Source: Methanotrichaceae archaeon
Lineage (GTDB): Archaea; Halobacteriota; Methanosarcinia; Methanotrichales; Methanotrichaceae
DNA: 64,000 bases
Direction: 5' to 3'
Assembly (NCBI GenBank): GCA_963803145.1
Contig: CAWDLW010000025.1
Span: 100,655-164,654, forward strand
The notes under the pieces: generated by a model
The model's input: only the letters and a program-made list of their open reading frames with translations
What the model was told of the DNA's origin: nothing
The model's database searches: none
Shown: positions 1 to 9,401 of the stretch, one piece after another
How positions within the stretch are numbered: the stretch's first letter is position 1
Layout: each line of letters begins with the position of its first letter
Program-made: the position numbers and the translations under genes

Positions 1-1
1 G

Positions 2-295
2 GTCAAGACAAGAGGATATGGCGTTAACCAAGTCAATACTGGCTCGCAGTGCCCACTCTGCTGTACAGGCGTTCTTGAGGCCAATCTGAACAGCAACGTC
101 ATAGGCGTTGCCCATATCGGATGGCTATCCAGGGACCCGCTCGCAAACAGCCCGACTGCACTTAAGGGACGCCACGCAGAGTATGGCAGGTCCGTTGAGG
201 ATCTGACCGGTGTCTTCTCAATCGAGAAGTTCATCCAGCTCTGGGGCAACTCCACATGCGGCGCAATCAGCGTTGATTGGCTGCCTTGCGTGTAA
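2..295 (+). CDS. 5'-truncated MspA-like putative sheath protein paralogue (C-terminal 97 aa)
   Basis: Frame 2 reads ...CCTGVLEANLNSNVIGVAHIGWLSRDP...GRHAEYGRSVEDLTGVFSIEKFIQLWGNSTCGAISVDWLPCV*, nearly identical to the C-terminus of 2681..3412; not in the ORF track. Confidence 0.85.
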   Translation, partial: VKTRGYGVNQVNTGSQCPLCCTGVLEANLNSNVIGVAHIGWLSRDPLANSPTALKGRHAEYGRSVEDLTGVFSIEKFIQLWGNSTCGAISVDWLPCV

Positions 296-426
296 GCTTA
301 CCGCTAAATAGCCAATAGATTTATATAAAATAAAAGCTCCAGATCTTATCTGGAGCATATCTTACCTTTTTCAGGTAAGAAGGGATTTAAAACTAAACGT
401 CATACCAAATAGGGGGTGAACGAAAA

Positions 427-1218
427 ATGAAGGGAGTAGTAGCAGCGATTATTATCGCGGCTCTTCTAGCCTGCTGCGGCATTGTGGTGGCAACGCCACC
501 GATTATACCGCCAGTCCAGTTCGAGCAGTTCTGTGAGGATCAGAAGGTATCAGGAACAGGTGTAGTCGATGTGAGCACATCGATAGTAGATAAAAAGATA
601 GCTCTTGAATATTATAACACTATGGCCGGTGATGGTGACATAGAGCTTAATCAGGAGCATGCATATTCTCAAGATGCCGATAAGCTTAAGAGAAATATAT
701 CATCGGTCAACGGTGGAAACCAATCAGCTCTAAATCTATACGAAAATACCCAGCTTACATATTCGGGCCAAACACCCTTGACAGGTGGAAAATACCTCAA
801 CTCGAAGGAGTTCTATGGAGGAATTGGCGCCGATGTCCAAGAGATGTTCTCAGTAAATCAGATGGAGAAGCAGGAGACAGGGTTCTTCGCTTCAACAACG
901 CCCTACAATCCGCCTGGAACAACGCCAGAGGGTCTCATAAAGGATCTGAAGAATGCAGGACGAGACACAACAGCAGTTAATGAACTCATGACGACAAATG
1001 AGGGTGTCAATGTGCCGTCGCACCTGATAGGCATTGATACCAAGAACACATTCAACGGTACATGGGGCACTGATGCCAAGTGGCATAAGATATTCTACAA
1101 GGATATAAAGGCCCACGAGATGTTCACTGGACAGTTCGAGGCAGAGAAGACAATCAAGTTCCATGAAAATCCCGTGCCTGAGAACGAGCAGCCACCTTGT
1201 GCAGGCATAGATTGCTAG
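427..1218 (+). CDS. Secreted envelope protein, distantly MspA-like; paralogue of 28408..29199
   Basis: Signal peptide, GGGGTGA RBS, C-terminal PPCAGIDC; motifs shared with neighbours (SGTG; GGIGAxVQEMF; ExFTGQFEAEKTIKF). Confidence 0.8.
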   Translation: MKGVVAAIIIAALLACCGIVVATPPIIPPVQFEQFCEDQKVSGTGVVDVSTSIVDKKIALEYYNTMAGDGDIELNQEHAYSQDADKLKRNISSVNGGNQSALNLYENTQLTYSGQTPLTGGKYLNSKEFYGGIGADVQEMFSVNQMEKQETGFFASTTPYNPPGTTPEGLIKDLKNAGRDTTAVNELMTTNEGVNVPSHLIGIDTKNTFNGTWGTDAKWHKIFYKDIKAHEMFTGQFEAEKTIKFHENPVPENEQPPCAGIDC

Positions 1219-1252
1219 ACTTTGGACTAGCAATCGATTCTTTTTTTATTTT

Positions 1253-2437
1253 ATGGGGGTTAGTATGATAAGATTGATGACATTATCGATGTTAATTCTC
1301 ATAATGGGTCTGGCGTCTGCCACAGTCGAGGATTTGGGCAATAACGCTGACACAGGAACAGGCAGCATATTGCCCACTTCACTGATTACACCATCGCTTC
1401 CATCCATGCCTATACCAGCGCCCGACATATGCACATCCACAGGCTACTTAAAAGTCAATGTGGCGCTAACAGGCCCGCAATCTGAGAAAGATAAAGATTA
1501 TACAACTCAAGGAAAAAGCTTGACCTTCGTGGTGACTGTGGAGAACGATGGCTCATCAGATGCAAATGCCGATCTCAGCATAGATCCCGAGAGCTGTGCT
1601 CTCGAATGGTTTAGCTGGACTACATCGAGTCTGAAGATTCCATCAGGCTCATCACGCTCGGAGAATCTAGAAGTAAAACCCGATATTAACGCTGTCGCGG
1701 GTGATTATAGCTTCAAAGTAACTGCATCCGCAAAATGCTATAGATCAGGGTCAGCTGAGGCACCCTTCAAAGTACAGGATTACGATTATGCGTCTGAAAC
1801 TGCGATAAGCGGGACAGGCCAGTTCCAGCTCAATAAGGACATCAGCTCAATGGATACCGGTATCAAATCAAACAAGGATATCTCATTCAGCGGGAGCGCA
1901 GATGCTATTGTCAAGAACGAGTATCTAGTAGATCAGGCAAAGGGCCGGAACCCCAACTTCGAAGAGCAGGATGCAGTTGATAACTATATGGCCATTAACC
2001 CGGGAGATGCGTTTCTGGGAACGGAGAAGTTCAAAAGTTCTGCCATTTTCGGAGGAGTGGGTTCCACGATGACTGAGGCATATAACGTTAAGCAGATGGA
2101 GTTCAAGAACGCGGATTACAATCTGTACCAGACAGGATCACTGAAAAAGATGGCCGAGCTTAGAACAGCTGATAACTTCACTGGATACTATCTCATCGAT
2201 GCCAAGCAGACAATTCCCGGTCAGAAGAACCTGAAGGAGCATGAGGAGTACCTCGGATCCTTCGAGATAAACAGGAGAATACTCTTCAAAGATAAACCAA
2301 CAGTCACTACCACATGCGCTGATGGCCCTTGCACCGGCAGCACAAGTATCGCCAAACCGAACTTTCCCAGCCCATGTCTAAGCAGCTCATGCAGCAACTT
2401 CGCAAATAGCTTGAATGCCTTTTCGAAGTCTGCATGA
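1253..2437 (+). CDS. Secreted protein with an Ig-like N-terminal domain and a C-terminal domain related to 427..1218
   Basis: Signal peptide (ATG near 1265); FVVTVENDG...AVAGDYSFKVTA Ig-like pattern; AISGTG, GGVGSTMTEAY and EEYLGSFEINRRILF motifs; Cys-rich tail. Confidence 0.75.
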   Translation: MGVSMIRLMTLSMLILIMGLASATVEDLGNNADTGTGSILPTSLITPSLPSMPIPAPDICTSTGYLKVNVALTGPQSEKDKDYTTQGKSLTFVVTVENDGSSDANADLSIDPESCALEWFSWTTSSLKIPSGSSRSENLEVKPDINAVAGDYSFKVTASAKCYRSGSAEAPFKVQDYDYASETAISGTGQFQLNKDISSMDTGIKSNKDISFSGSADAIVKNEYLVDQAKGRNPNFEEQDAVDNYMAINPGDAFLGTEKFKSSAIFGGVGSTMTEAYNVKQMEFKNADYNLYQTGSLKKMAELRTADNFTGYYLIDAKQTIPGQKNLKEHEEYLGSFEINRRILFKDKPTVTTTCADGPCTGSTSIAKPNFPSPCLSSSCSNFANSLNAFSKSA

Positions 2438-2507
2438 GTTATATTTTTCTAAGAATTTTTCAACTATTTGCCGACCTAGCCAGCCTTTTGGGATGTATTT
2501 GTTGTAC

Positions 2508-2680
2508 TTTATATAGCAGCCACAAGCTTGAAATAGGTACCTGATTGTCTTAGCCTCGGGTGTTAGGGTTATCAGGAGAGGAGGTTCAGCCTGGTACGCC
2601 AGAACCATAAATCCGCCAAATAGGTTGGATTACAATATTCTGGGCTTATTATATCCAGGCCTAAAGGAGGTAAGTGTGGA
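2508..2680 (+). promoter_or_regulatory. TATA box and ~140-nt structured 5' leader of the MspA-like gene
   Basis: TTTATATA at 2508; hairpins 2540-2576, 2591-2602 (UACG loop) and 2610-2631; GGAGGT RBS. Confidence 0.55.
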
Positions 2681-3412
2681 ATGAATCAAAAGTTGGTTGT
2701 TCTTGCGATCATCATAATTGCCCTAGTGGGAACGGTGAGCGCTGCCAACTACATGTATGAAAAATCATCTGTAAAAGGCGTAGGTTACAGAAACCTGGAG
2801 ATTATAATCTCCACCCAAAGTGGCTTTGGCGGAGACAAGCTGGTGGAGAAGCAATCCGGATCGGGAAATGTGATAACATCGAATATCGAGGTTGAAGCAG
2901 AGAGACAGCTGAATCCTGACGGCAGCGCACTTGCGAATTGCAATTACGCAAATTCAATTCCAATGGACTACATTAACTTCACTTCGGATCAAGAGCTAGA
3001 GTACATGCCTGTCTCATATCAGACTGGAACATACGATCAGAAGTGGATAGATAAGCTATGTGTCCAGAACTACCAGATCGGCGCCGTCATGACAGAGATG
3101 TACACTCATGCAGAGCACCTGCAGAAGACAACTGAGGTCAAGACCAGATCTTACGGCACTCAGACAGCCACACCTTGCTGTACAGGCGTTCTCGAGGCCA
3201 ACATCAACAGCAACGTCATAGGCGTTGCCCATATCGGATGGCTATCCAGGGATCCGCAAGCAAACAGCCCGACATCGCTCAAGGGACGCCACGCAGAATA
3301 TGGCAGGTCCGTTGAGGATCTGACTGGTGTCTTCTCAATCGAGAAGTTCATCCAGCTCTGGGGCAACTCCACGTGCGGCTCAATCAGTGTTGATTGGCTG
3401 CCCTGTGTGTAA
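2681..3412 (+). CDS. mspA: Putative major sheath protein (MspA-like functional amyloid)
   Basis: Signal peptide; beta-rich S/T/N/G composition; AHIGWxSRDP..GRHAExGRSxEDLTGVFS..WLPC pattern resembles, from recall, Methanosaeta thermophila MspA; needs a search to confirm. Confidence 0.6.
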   Translation: MNQKLVVLAIIIIALVGTVSAANYMYEKSSVKGVGYRNLEIIISTQSGFGGDKLVEKQSGSGNVITSNIEVEAERQLNPDGSALANCNYANSIPMDYINFTSDQELEYMPVSYQTGTYDQKWIDKLCVQNYQIGAVMTEMYTHAEHLQKTTEVKTRSYGTQTATPCCTGVLEANINSNVIGVAHIGWLSRDPQANSPTSLKGRHAEYGRSVEDLTGVFSIEKFIQLWGNSTCGSISVDWLPCV

Positions 3413-3517
3413 ATAAGCTTAAATGAAAAACGGCTCCAGAATAAACTGGAGCTGCAATCCTTTTATGAAAAATGTTTCATAAGCCTAAAGCATCCGATCG
3501 TTCAGATGCATTTAGTA

Positions 3518-5752
3518 TTACGACCTATTAGTGTTATTTCCTGGTTCAAGACTCACGTTTATAATCCTGCCCTCAAGGACATCCTTCTCGCTTACGCTTA
3601 TATTCTGTGTTCTTATGCCTTTGTCGTTGCCAGAGAATATCATATATGGATCAAGGGCATGAGTCCCATATTTGTTCTCTGTGGAATAAGGAACCCTTAT
3701 CTCATACTTGCCGTCTCTTGGCGATCCCTCGTTAATATAATAGAACTCTTTGCCTTGATTGGAGGTCAAGTTCAGTAGTGCGCCTACCTTCTGATTGGGT
3801 GCTGTGCTCACCTTTATTAATGCGCCCGGAACATATTCGAAGATCTTTATCATACTATCGGGATTCTCAGTGCCAATAAGCGTAGGCGATCCATAAACCA
3901 GCCTGAAGTGCCCCATGCCTGCACCATTGAAAAAGTAAAGGCGTGCCATAGTCGTGTTCATAAGCTTCTGTGTGGGTGTGGCTTCAAAATCCGAGCCAGA
4001 ATCCTTAACCGATAAGTAGCTGGCGGGGTCCTCATTTGCCCAGGCTGCAATGCCAGGCAGCTTGCTGTAAAGCATATTATAGTCCACGAGAACATACTTG
4101 GATTTTTTCGCATCAAGCACTGCAGTTGAGGCCGATTCATCACTAGAGAGATAGAATTTCACAGAATCCGCCACCCCAGACTGGAAATTGTCTGCAATCA
4201 CCGGCCGCTTTGCGAGGTAAACCACCCAGTTTCCATAATCCCAGAAGTTCATAATGCCGTACTCAGGGGTTTTTTCGGGGTTTTCATAAAAACTGGTGGA
4301 ATTGCTGTTACTCTCAAGCCAGTTTAAGGACTCGTACCAATCACCTACTGTCTGTGGGACATTGCTTGTGAAATTCATGGTCTCAGATACGGTAGGCAAG
4401 ATCAAAAGCAATAGCAACACTGTAGCCAGGGCTTTCGAGGACTTCCCCAAAGCGTCACGTTTGCTAATTGCATCTAGTGCCCAGAAGAAGAGAACGCTTA
4501 TCAGTATTCCCATTGCAATTGTGGAGAGGTAGAGGAATCTTATCTGTGATACTGTCAGCAAAAGAGATGCAACTGCCCATGTTAGAATAAAGAGCTGGCC
4601 CTTCTCCTCCGCACCTTTTTGTTTGATATATATGGCTAGAACAACAAGCCCGACCAAAGAGAGGAGCAGGTTCAAGATAAGGTTCCAGCCCAAACTGGAG
4701 ACGAGCGAGTATGAGAACAGATTCCCGGAATTGGATAAGAGGGGTTCTGCCTCAGAGATCTTTCCGCTCATTCCCCCTGAAAAGAGAAAATCACCGCCTG
4801 ATTGAATGAGCGCACCCATATCAAATAAGCTGCCAAAGAGCCTGAAGAGAACTGTAATGGCACCGGCAATGGCTAATAGAGCCAAAGGGAAGATGGTCCA
4901 GTTAATATTCTTCTCGAGGCAAACTTTAGATATTGCGAACATAAGCAGCATTGCCACAATTGAAGCAGCTATTCCTACGAAGGATGGCAGGAGCCAGGGC
5001 GCATTCCAGAAAGGCAATGTGAAGATTAACGCAACTCCAAAAGCCAATAAAAATGTGGTTGCAAACTCTTTTGATTGTATCCCGCTCTTCAAATTATATG
5101 CCGTTTGAATGGCTACATAAACTAGAATTATCCCCAGATAGATATCTGCGCCCAACCATGTATAAGCCAGTGCAGCCATCATTATGCCTGAGACTATAGC
5201 GAAGACATTTCTCTTTTCTGTCCTTTTGAGGGCCAAAATCAGAAATAGAATAGAACTAAGGAAAAGCAAGACCTCTAGTCCATGATGATCAGTCGCACCA
5301 ATATCTGTTTTCGGTATATAGTAAGGAGATATTGCTGCCATGAATGCTGAAAAAAGTGCAATATTGCTGTTGAAGGCAGCTTTGGCCAAATAATAGACGA
5401 CTACAACGGCTACAGTCCCGATAACTACAGGAACCATAGCAGCTACCATCGCAATCCCGGGCGGTGTATGCTGGCCCAAAGCAATAGAAAACAATGCGGA
5501 TAGCTGATCGAAGAGGGGAGGCCACGTCAGGCTTAGGCCGTGGGGATAATTAAGATACGAATCGAACCAGAGTGTGTTGGGGAAGTGGTTTGCGGTATAT
5601 AAAATTCTGCGCATATGATAATACTCATCAGCACCATCCGGTAGAATGCCATTTTCCGTAAGGGAGTATCTTCCTGCAAACAACCTTAACAAAAGGCCCA
5701 GCAGGGCTACTGCCAACACTTCCGCTGGCTCATACCTTTTCGCACGGTCCAT
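3518..5752 (-). CDS. aglB: Archaeal oligosaccharyltransferase (STT3/AglB)
   Basis: Many TM helices; DEYYH, DHH, ISE motifs; FWDYG variant of WWDYG; C-terminal VKIFE-like strand. Confidence 0.93.
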   Translation of the reverse strand: MDRAKRYEPAEVLAVALLGLLLRLFAGRYSLTENGILPDGADEYYHMRRILYTANHFPNTLWFDSYLNYPHGLSLTWPPLFDQLSALFSIALGQHTPPGIAMVAAMVPVVIGTVAVVVVYYLAKAAFNSNIALFSAFMAAISPYYIPKTDIGATDHHGLEVLLFLSSILFLILALKRTEKRNVFAIVSGIMMAALAYTWLGADIYLGIILVYVAIQTAYNLKSGIQSKEFATTFLLAFGVALIFTLPFWNAPWLLPSFVGIAASIVAMLLMFAISKVCLEKNINWTIFPLALLAIAGAITVLFRLFGSLFDMGALIQSGGDFLFSGGMSGKISEAEPLLSNSGNLFSYSLVSSLGWNLILNLLLSLVGLVVLAIYIKQKGAEEKGQLFILTWAVASLLLTVSQIRFLYLSTIAMGILISVLFFWALDAISKRDALGKSSKALATVLLLLLILPTVSETMNFTSNVPQTVGDWYESLNWLESNSNSTSFYENPEKTPEYGIMNFWDYGNWVVYLAKRPVIADNFQSGVADSVKFYLSSDESASTAVLDAKKSKYVLVDYNMLYSKLPGIAAWANEDPASYLSVKDSGSDFEATPTQKLMNTTMARLYFFNGAGMGHFRLVYGSPTLIGTENPDSMIKIFEYVPGALIKVSTAPNQKVGALLNLTSNQGKEFYYINEGSPRDGKYEIRVPYSTENKYGTHALDPYMIFSGNDKGIRTQNISVSEKDVLEGRIINVSLEPGNNTNRS

Positions 5753-5822
5753 ATGGCCCGATAAGAGAGATCCATATATAAGAATATGGCTTCAATAGCT
5801 TGGATCGAAAAATGCTTAACGG

Positions 5823-7098
5823 GTCAGTTACCTGCTACCTAAAGGAAGCGGGCTTGCCTCCTGATTATATCGAGGCTTCAGAGAATACTGACGAATCCTC
5901 ACTAGCCCGAAGGCTAGTAAATCTGTTTCGAATGTTGAAGGCGGCATTGAGGTCTGCATGAATCGAGAAACCGCAATGAGGGCAAGAGAAAGCATGTCTG
6001 TTCCTATTTCCATGAAGGCCACACCTGGAGCATATCTTAGAGGTATTCTTGGGGTCAATCTTGGCTACGACGCCCTTTCCCTGCACCTTGTAGCTGACCA
6101 TGTTGAAGATCATGCCACGAGGCCAGACAGAGAACCGCCTATCCCATGCCTTAGTACCGTGCTTCCCTTGCTCAAAATCCAGATCCTCGAATACAAGAAC
6201 GCAATTCTCAGGAGCCCATTCGACAAGCTTCTTAGAAGCGCAGTTACAGAAGTCTTTTGTTCTACGAGATCGCTTGACTTTCAGCCGTTTGAGGGCTCGA
6301 GCAACACTTCGAGTATTTTTTCCCTCTGCCTTTCTTTGAGCAAGCTTTCTCTGGAGTCGTTTTATTGTCTTAGAAGTACGCCTGTTCTTAATTTTTCGAT
6401 CCAGACCGCTTATGAACAGCTCATTTCCATCAGCATCAACAGCTACAATAGCATTGGTTTCGTTGAGGTCGATTCCGATAGGATGAACTCCTTTAACATC
6501 AGGAAATTCAATCGTGTAGGCGACATAACCAACGAGCTTACCACCGAGATTCTTGACTATGATACTATCGAATTCAGTAGCATTATAAAACTCTTCGTTG
6601 AACGCTTCAGGGATAATATACTTAAGGTGCTTTCTACCGTCGATTGTGGAAATGCTCAAAATTCCATCCCTCATGAAGTTGGCATCTCTTCCTCTCTTTC
6701 CAACAAGGAAAAGAGCAAAAGGTCGATGCCAATTGAAAGGATGATTCAATGCATGTCCATTCTTCTTAGCCGAAGCATAAGCACCGGCAGTCAACCTAAT
6801 GCTAGTGCAAGTAAGCTGGCTGGAAACAGTTCCTTTGACAATATCATAAACTCTTCGATGCAGATCAAGAGCTTTGAGAGGTTTGCCAAAATTCCAGGCA
6901 GTTTTGGATATGCTATTGCATATCTGAGTGAAGCTATCGAGCGTATTGATGAGGGATTCATCATACTCGATAACTATCTGCAAGGTTTTTTGATCAAACA
7001 TCAATTAGAAGATACCACTATACGAATAAATACTTTACTGATATATGGAGGTGTGTAAGGCGCAATTTCTCCTTTTAAGGGAGTGATCTCCTTGTGCC
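5823..7098 (-). mobile_element. Non-autonomous IS200/IS605-type (IS1341-like) element carrying only tnpB
   Basis: Right-end-like hairpin GCAAGCCCGCTTCCTTTAGGTAGCAGGTAACTGAC after the stop; imperfect left-end-like hairpin ~7060-7098; no tnpA; boundaries approximate. Confidence 0.65.
5865..7004 (-). CDS. tnpB: RNA-guided endonuclease TnpB
   Basis: RuvC-I GIDLN, RuvC-II VFEDL, zinc finger CSRC..CPHC, RuvC-III ADLNAAFNI. Confidence 0.93.
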   Translation of the reverse strand: MMFDQKTLQIVIEYDESLINTLDSFTQICNSISKTAWNFGKPLKALDLHRRVYDIVKGTVSSQLTCTSIRLTAGAYASAKKNGHALNHPFNWHRPFALFLVGKRGRDANFMRDGILSISTIDGRKHLKYIIPEAFNEEFYNATEFDSIIVKNLGGKLVGYVAYTIEFPDVKGVHPIGIDLNETNAIVAVDADGNELFISGLDRKIKNRRTSKTIKRLQRKLAQRKAEGKNTRSVARALKRLKVKRSRRTKDFCNCASKKLVEWAPENCVLVFEDLDFEQGKHGTKAWDRRFSVWPRGMIFNMVSYKVQGKGVVAKIDPKNTSKICSRCGLHGNRNRHAFSCPHCGFSIHADLNAAFNIRNRFTSLRASEDSSVFSEASI

Positions 7099-8251
7099 GA
7101 CGATTATGGAACTACAACTGGAACGCGTGCCCCTTGTAAGCCTGATAATTCCTACCAGAGACGAAGCAAATGCTGTTTGCGAATGTATCCAGCGAGCTAA
7201 CGAAATCTTCGATGAGATTGGCATAGAGGGAGAGACCATAGTTGCAGATAGCTCCACTGATGGAACTGCAGAGATAGCCTCCTCCTGTGGGGCAAGAGTT
7301 GTCAAGCCTAAAAAATTGGGCTATGGGAATGCATATCTTGCTGGGTTTGAGCAGGCAAAGGGGAAGTATATCGTGCTTATGGATGGCGATTTGACATACG
7401 ATCCCAGAGAGATGAAGGGCATGCTTTCACTCCTTCAGAATGGCAACTTCGATATGGTCATTGGATCGAGGCTGAGGGGAAAGATAAGACCTGGAGCAAT
7501 GCCTGCACTCCATAGGTATATAGGAAATCCGTTCTTAACCTGGCTGTTGAATACGCTGTTTTACACTGGAATATCCGATGCCCACTGCGGCATGAGGGTG
7601 ATAACCAGGGACTCGCTGGACAGGTTAAATCTCAGGACCGGGGGAATGGAGTTCGCCTCAGAGATGGTGATCGAGGCATCCCGTAAAGGTCTAAGGATAG
7701 CAGAGGTTCCAATCACCTACTACCCACGCAAAGGCGAATCTAAGCTAAGTTCCTTTTCGGACGGCTGGAGACATATCCGATTTATGATGCTCTACAGGCC
7801 AGTACCCTTTCTTCTCATTCCCGGAGGAGCAGCCTTAGCATTGGGCCTAAGCCTGGCCATTGGAGTTCTGATGCAGGGTGGATCCAGAATGCACTCCTTA
7901 ATCCTGGGCAGCCTATTACTCGTAATAGGATACCAGATGCTCCTTGCAGGCCTTTACTTCGGCGCATTCGGTGAAGCCTATGGCGTATCGGGCAGATCCA
8001 AAATTATAAAAAAGCTAATGAGCTACCATTCTCTGGAGAAGGAGCTAGTTCTTGGTATGATATTGCTGGTGTTTGGCATTGTACTAGGAATAAAGGTTCT
8101 TCTAAGCTGGAGCGCCGTGGGATTCGGCTCTCTTGATGCTGTTCAAAATGCAATGATGGCAATGATACTATCCATTCTGGGGATACAGACCATTTTCTCA
8201 GGGATGTTCATAAGTCTGCTTCTGCTGGGCAATGGACCTGAGGAGGTTTAG
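7094..8251 (+). CDS. GT2 polyprenol-phosphate glycosyltransferase (DPM1-like) with C-terminal TM helices
   Basis: VSLIIPT, DSSTDGT, GYGNA, MDGDLTY, SDAHCGMR motifs; start probably ATG 7106. Confidence 0.9.
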   Translation: MPTIMELQLERVPLVSLIIPTRDEANAVCECIQRANEIFDEIGIEGETIVADSSTDGTAEIASSCGARVVKPKKLGYGNAYLAGFEQAKGKYIVLMDGDLTYDPREMKGMLSLLQNGNFDMVIGSRLRGKIRPGAMPALHRYIGNPFLTWLLNTLFYTGISDAHCGMRVITRDSLDRLNLRTGGMEFASEMVIEASRKGLRIAEVPITYYPRKGESKLSSFSDGWRHIRFMMLYRPVPFLLIPGGAALALGLSLAIGVLMQGGSRMHSLILGSLLLVIGYQMLLAGLYFGAFGEAYGVSGRSKIIKKLMSYHSLEKELVLGMILLVFGIVLGIKVLLSWSAVGFGSLDAVQNAMMAMILSILGIQTIFSGMFISLLLLGNGPEEV

Positions 8252-8277
8252 GGGGGATATCCTCCTCTGCGGCCAGA

Positions 8278-9401
8278 ATGAAAATCGCATACATCTACGA
8301 TGCTGCGTATCCCTGGGTCAAAGGGGGCGCTGAGAAGAGGATCTATGAGATCTCCCGTAGGCTTGCAGAGCGAGGACATGAGATCCATTGTTATAGCATG
8401 AAATGGTGGGAGGGCAGCAAAGATATCCTCGACGGGGGGGTATATCAGCATGGCATCTGCGAGCCCGTGAAACTCTATTCTGGAGAAAGGAGGTCGATTA
8501 AGGAGGCAGCTTACTTCGCCTCTAAGGTTCTCATTTCTATAGGCGATAATTTTGATATCGTAGATTGCCAGAATTTTCCATATCTTCCCTGCTTCTCGGC
8601 AAAACTTCTGTGCAGCTTGAATAGACAGGAGCTATTCATTACCTGGCATGAGGTATGGGGAGATTACTGGCATGAGTATCTTGGAAGGAAAGGCGCCTTC
8701 GGCAGGTCGATTGAATTGGCAGCTTCCAGGCTGACAAACAAAAACATTGCAGTTTCGAACAGAACCAAACGTGATCTGGAGGGATTGGGCTGCAGGTGCG
8801 TCCAGGTAGTTCCCAATGGCATAGATTTCGAGGGTATTGATAGGGTAAAGGCTTCTCGCAAGGAATCAGATATCGTTTATGTGGGGCGGTTAGTCAGGCA
8901 TAAGAATGTGGACCTGCTGATCAGGGCTGTACACCTTATATCAAATGAAGTCCCAGACATACGAGCGATAATAATGGGTGATGGCCCGGATATGGAGAAG
9001 CTAAAGGCTTTAACTCAAGATCTCAGTTTGGAGAGGAATGTGGAGTTCACTGGGTTTCTTGAGAGCTATGACGAAGCTCTGGCGTTAATGAAGTCCTCGC
9101 GTGTATTTGCATCGCCCTCGACCAGAGAGGGTTTTGGGATGGCAGCTTTGGAAGCGAATGCTTGCGGCTTGCCTGTTATAACTGTGAACCACAGAATGAA
9201 TGCTGTGTGCGATCTCGTGACTGAGGGCACAGGGCGGGTCTGTGAGCCATCGGCAAAAGCATGGCTGAAGCGATCTTGGAAGAACTAAATTTGAGGGAAA
9301 ATCTTAGCGCAAAATATATAGAGTGCGCGAGAGGCTATGATTGGGATGAGATATCTCGCCTTGCTGAAATGTTCTACAAGACAGGGAAATCCAGAGAATG
9401 A
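8278..9401 (+). CDS. GT4 glycosyltransferase with a frameshift at ~9255-9258
   Basis: GGAEKR and EGFGMAALEA motifs; track ORF stops at 9288 but the alternate frame continues MAEAILEE...YDWDEISRLAEMFY to TGA 9399-9401, overlapping the next ATG. Confidence 0.85.

Noticed and set aside
5865-7004. TnpB as a Cas12f effector
   Set aside because: No CRISPR array or adaptation genes nearby; IS-type ends are present
5958-7058. 366-aa ORF antisense to tnpB
   Set aside because: No recognisable motifs; fully overlaps a clear gene; likely a codon-bias shadow
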